Source: Marsupella aquatica (taxonomy: Eukaryota; Plantae; Marchantiophyta). Taken from it: a stretch of DNA of 64,000 nucleotides. Under the pieces are notes generated by a model. It saw only the letters and a program-made list of their open reading frames with translations, did not search any database and was not told the DNA's origin. The stretch spans positions 10,675,525 through 10,739,524 of the forward strand of contig OZ316896.1 in assembly GCA_973895155.1 (NCBI GenBank), in the 5' to 3' direction. A program made the position numbers and the translations under genes. Below, one piece after another: positions 63,133-64,000 of the stretch (the first letter of the stretch is position 1; every line of letters begins with the position of its first letter).

Positions 63133-64000
63133 TATTGCAAGGACAACCCGGCCTCCTGCCGTCTGCCCAACTCATGCCTCACTGGGACAAGTGCTACACC
63201 TCTACCTCACTACTTTGGCTTGATTCCCTCCTCTGGCTATGAGATAACTTCCCTAAGCAAACACTAGACTGAGTTCCCCCCCCCCACTACTCCGGGGCTC
63301 TCCCCCTACATACTGAAAAAACACACCAAAGCACCCCTTACGGGGTCACAACGATGGCGACCACCCTAGCGGCGCCGCAAAAAAACCTTCCACGAGGAAT
63401 CCCTAACCTAAAACATGCGGCACACACATGCTCCTAACACCCTAATCTAACTATGGGACCGTCGGTGCCTTCGACGATGCCAACCACACTTGGTAGTCAC
63501 GGGGAAGTGAGGGGGCCACTCAAGGTTGAAACCCTCAACCATTTTGAACTACTCCCCTGAGCGGGGCCCTGGATAGCTCTGCTCCTCCTGATCACGAATC
63601 CGTAAACGGCTCCGTAAACGGACTCCGGACAACCAAGTTACGAATGTTTGAATCCTTAATACGCCCGAGCTCATAACTTCTTCATCTTGACTCCGTTCTG
63701 GGCGTGCCACACCTTGCTGGAATCAGCTCCTCGAGCTCCTTCCAACAAGCCCGTGATTCCTCTCATCCAAGGTGTTGCATAATTCAAAATCCGTACGACC
63801 AACGTCCGTACGCCTCACTAGTCTTCCCCCGACTCGCTCACGGAACCGGGACTCCACCCCCGGGAATCCTCATTGCCGGCACCCTCCGCTGATGTGGGTG
63901 TAACACCTACTATTCTCCTTGTTGGGGGAGTCCTTCTCGGGGCCTGGCCAAAGGCTCCCCGTCTCCCGATCAAGAACCACTCTCAATTCCCAGAAGTCAC

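Noticed and set aside
63350-64000. Start of a gag/ORF1-like retroelement at the window end
   Set aside because: C-rich and suggestive, but no continuous frame or diagnostic motif is visible within the window.

Overview
Eukaryotic nuclear DNA from a land plant that makes flagellated sperm (bryophyte/lycophyte/fern grade, inferred from two axonemal genes, a type-D nsLTP and HslV). Seven intron-containing genes are recognisable: CFAP58 (-, truncated by the window start), root-type FNR (+), a type-D nsLTP (+), mitochondrial EF-G (-, 19 exons), LPA1 (-), SPAG16/PF20 (+) and HslV/ClpQ (-). There is also a frameshifted NLR-type LRR pseudogene. Intergenic DNA holds a 5'-truncated CRE-like retrotransposon, short poly(A) retroposons with TSDs, MITEs, probable solo LTRs and many local tandem repeats. 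The most notable non-obvious items cluster at the EF-G locus: three box C/D snoRNA paralogues in intron 5 with an invariant 18S rRNA guide, a triplicated upstream unit carrying codon-aligned uORFs, and a mosaic plastid insertion (23S rRNA GTPase-associated centre plus the trnE promoter and 5' end). Separately, an orphan copy of the nsLTP upstream region ends in a ~400-bp-arm inverted repeat. All calls were made by eye; no database searches were run.
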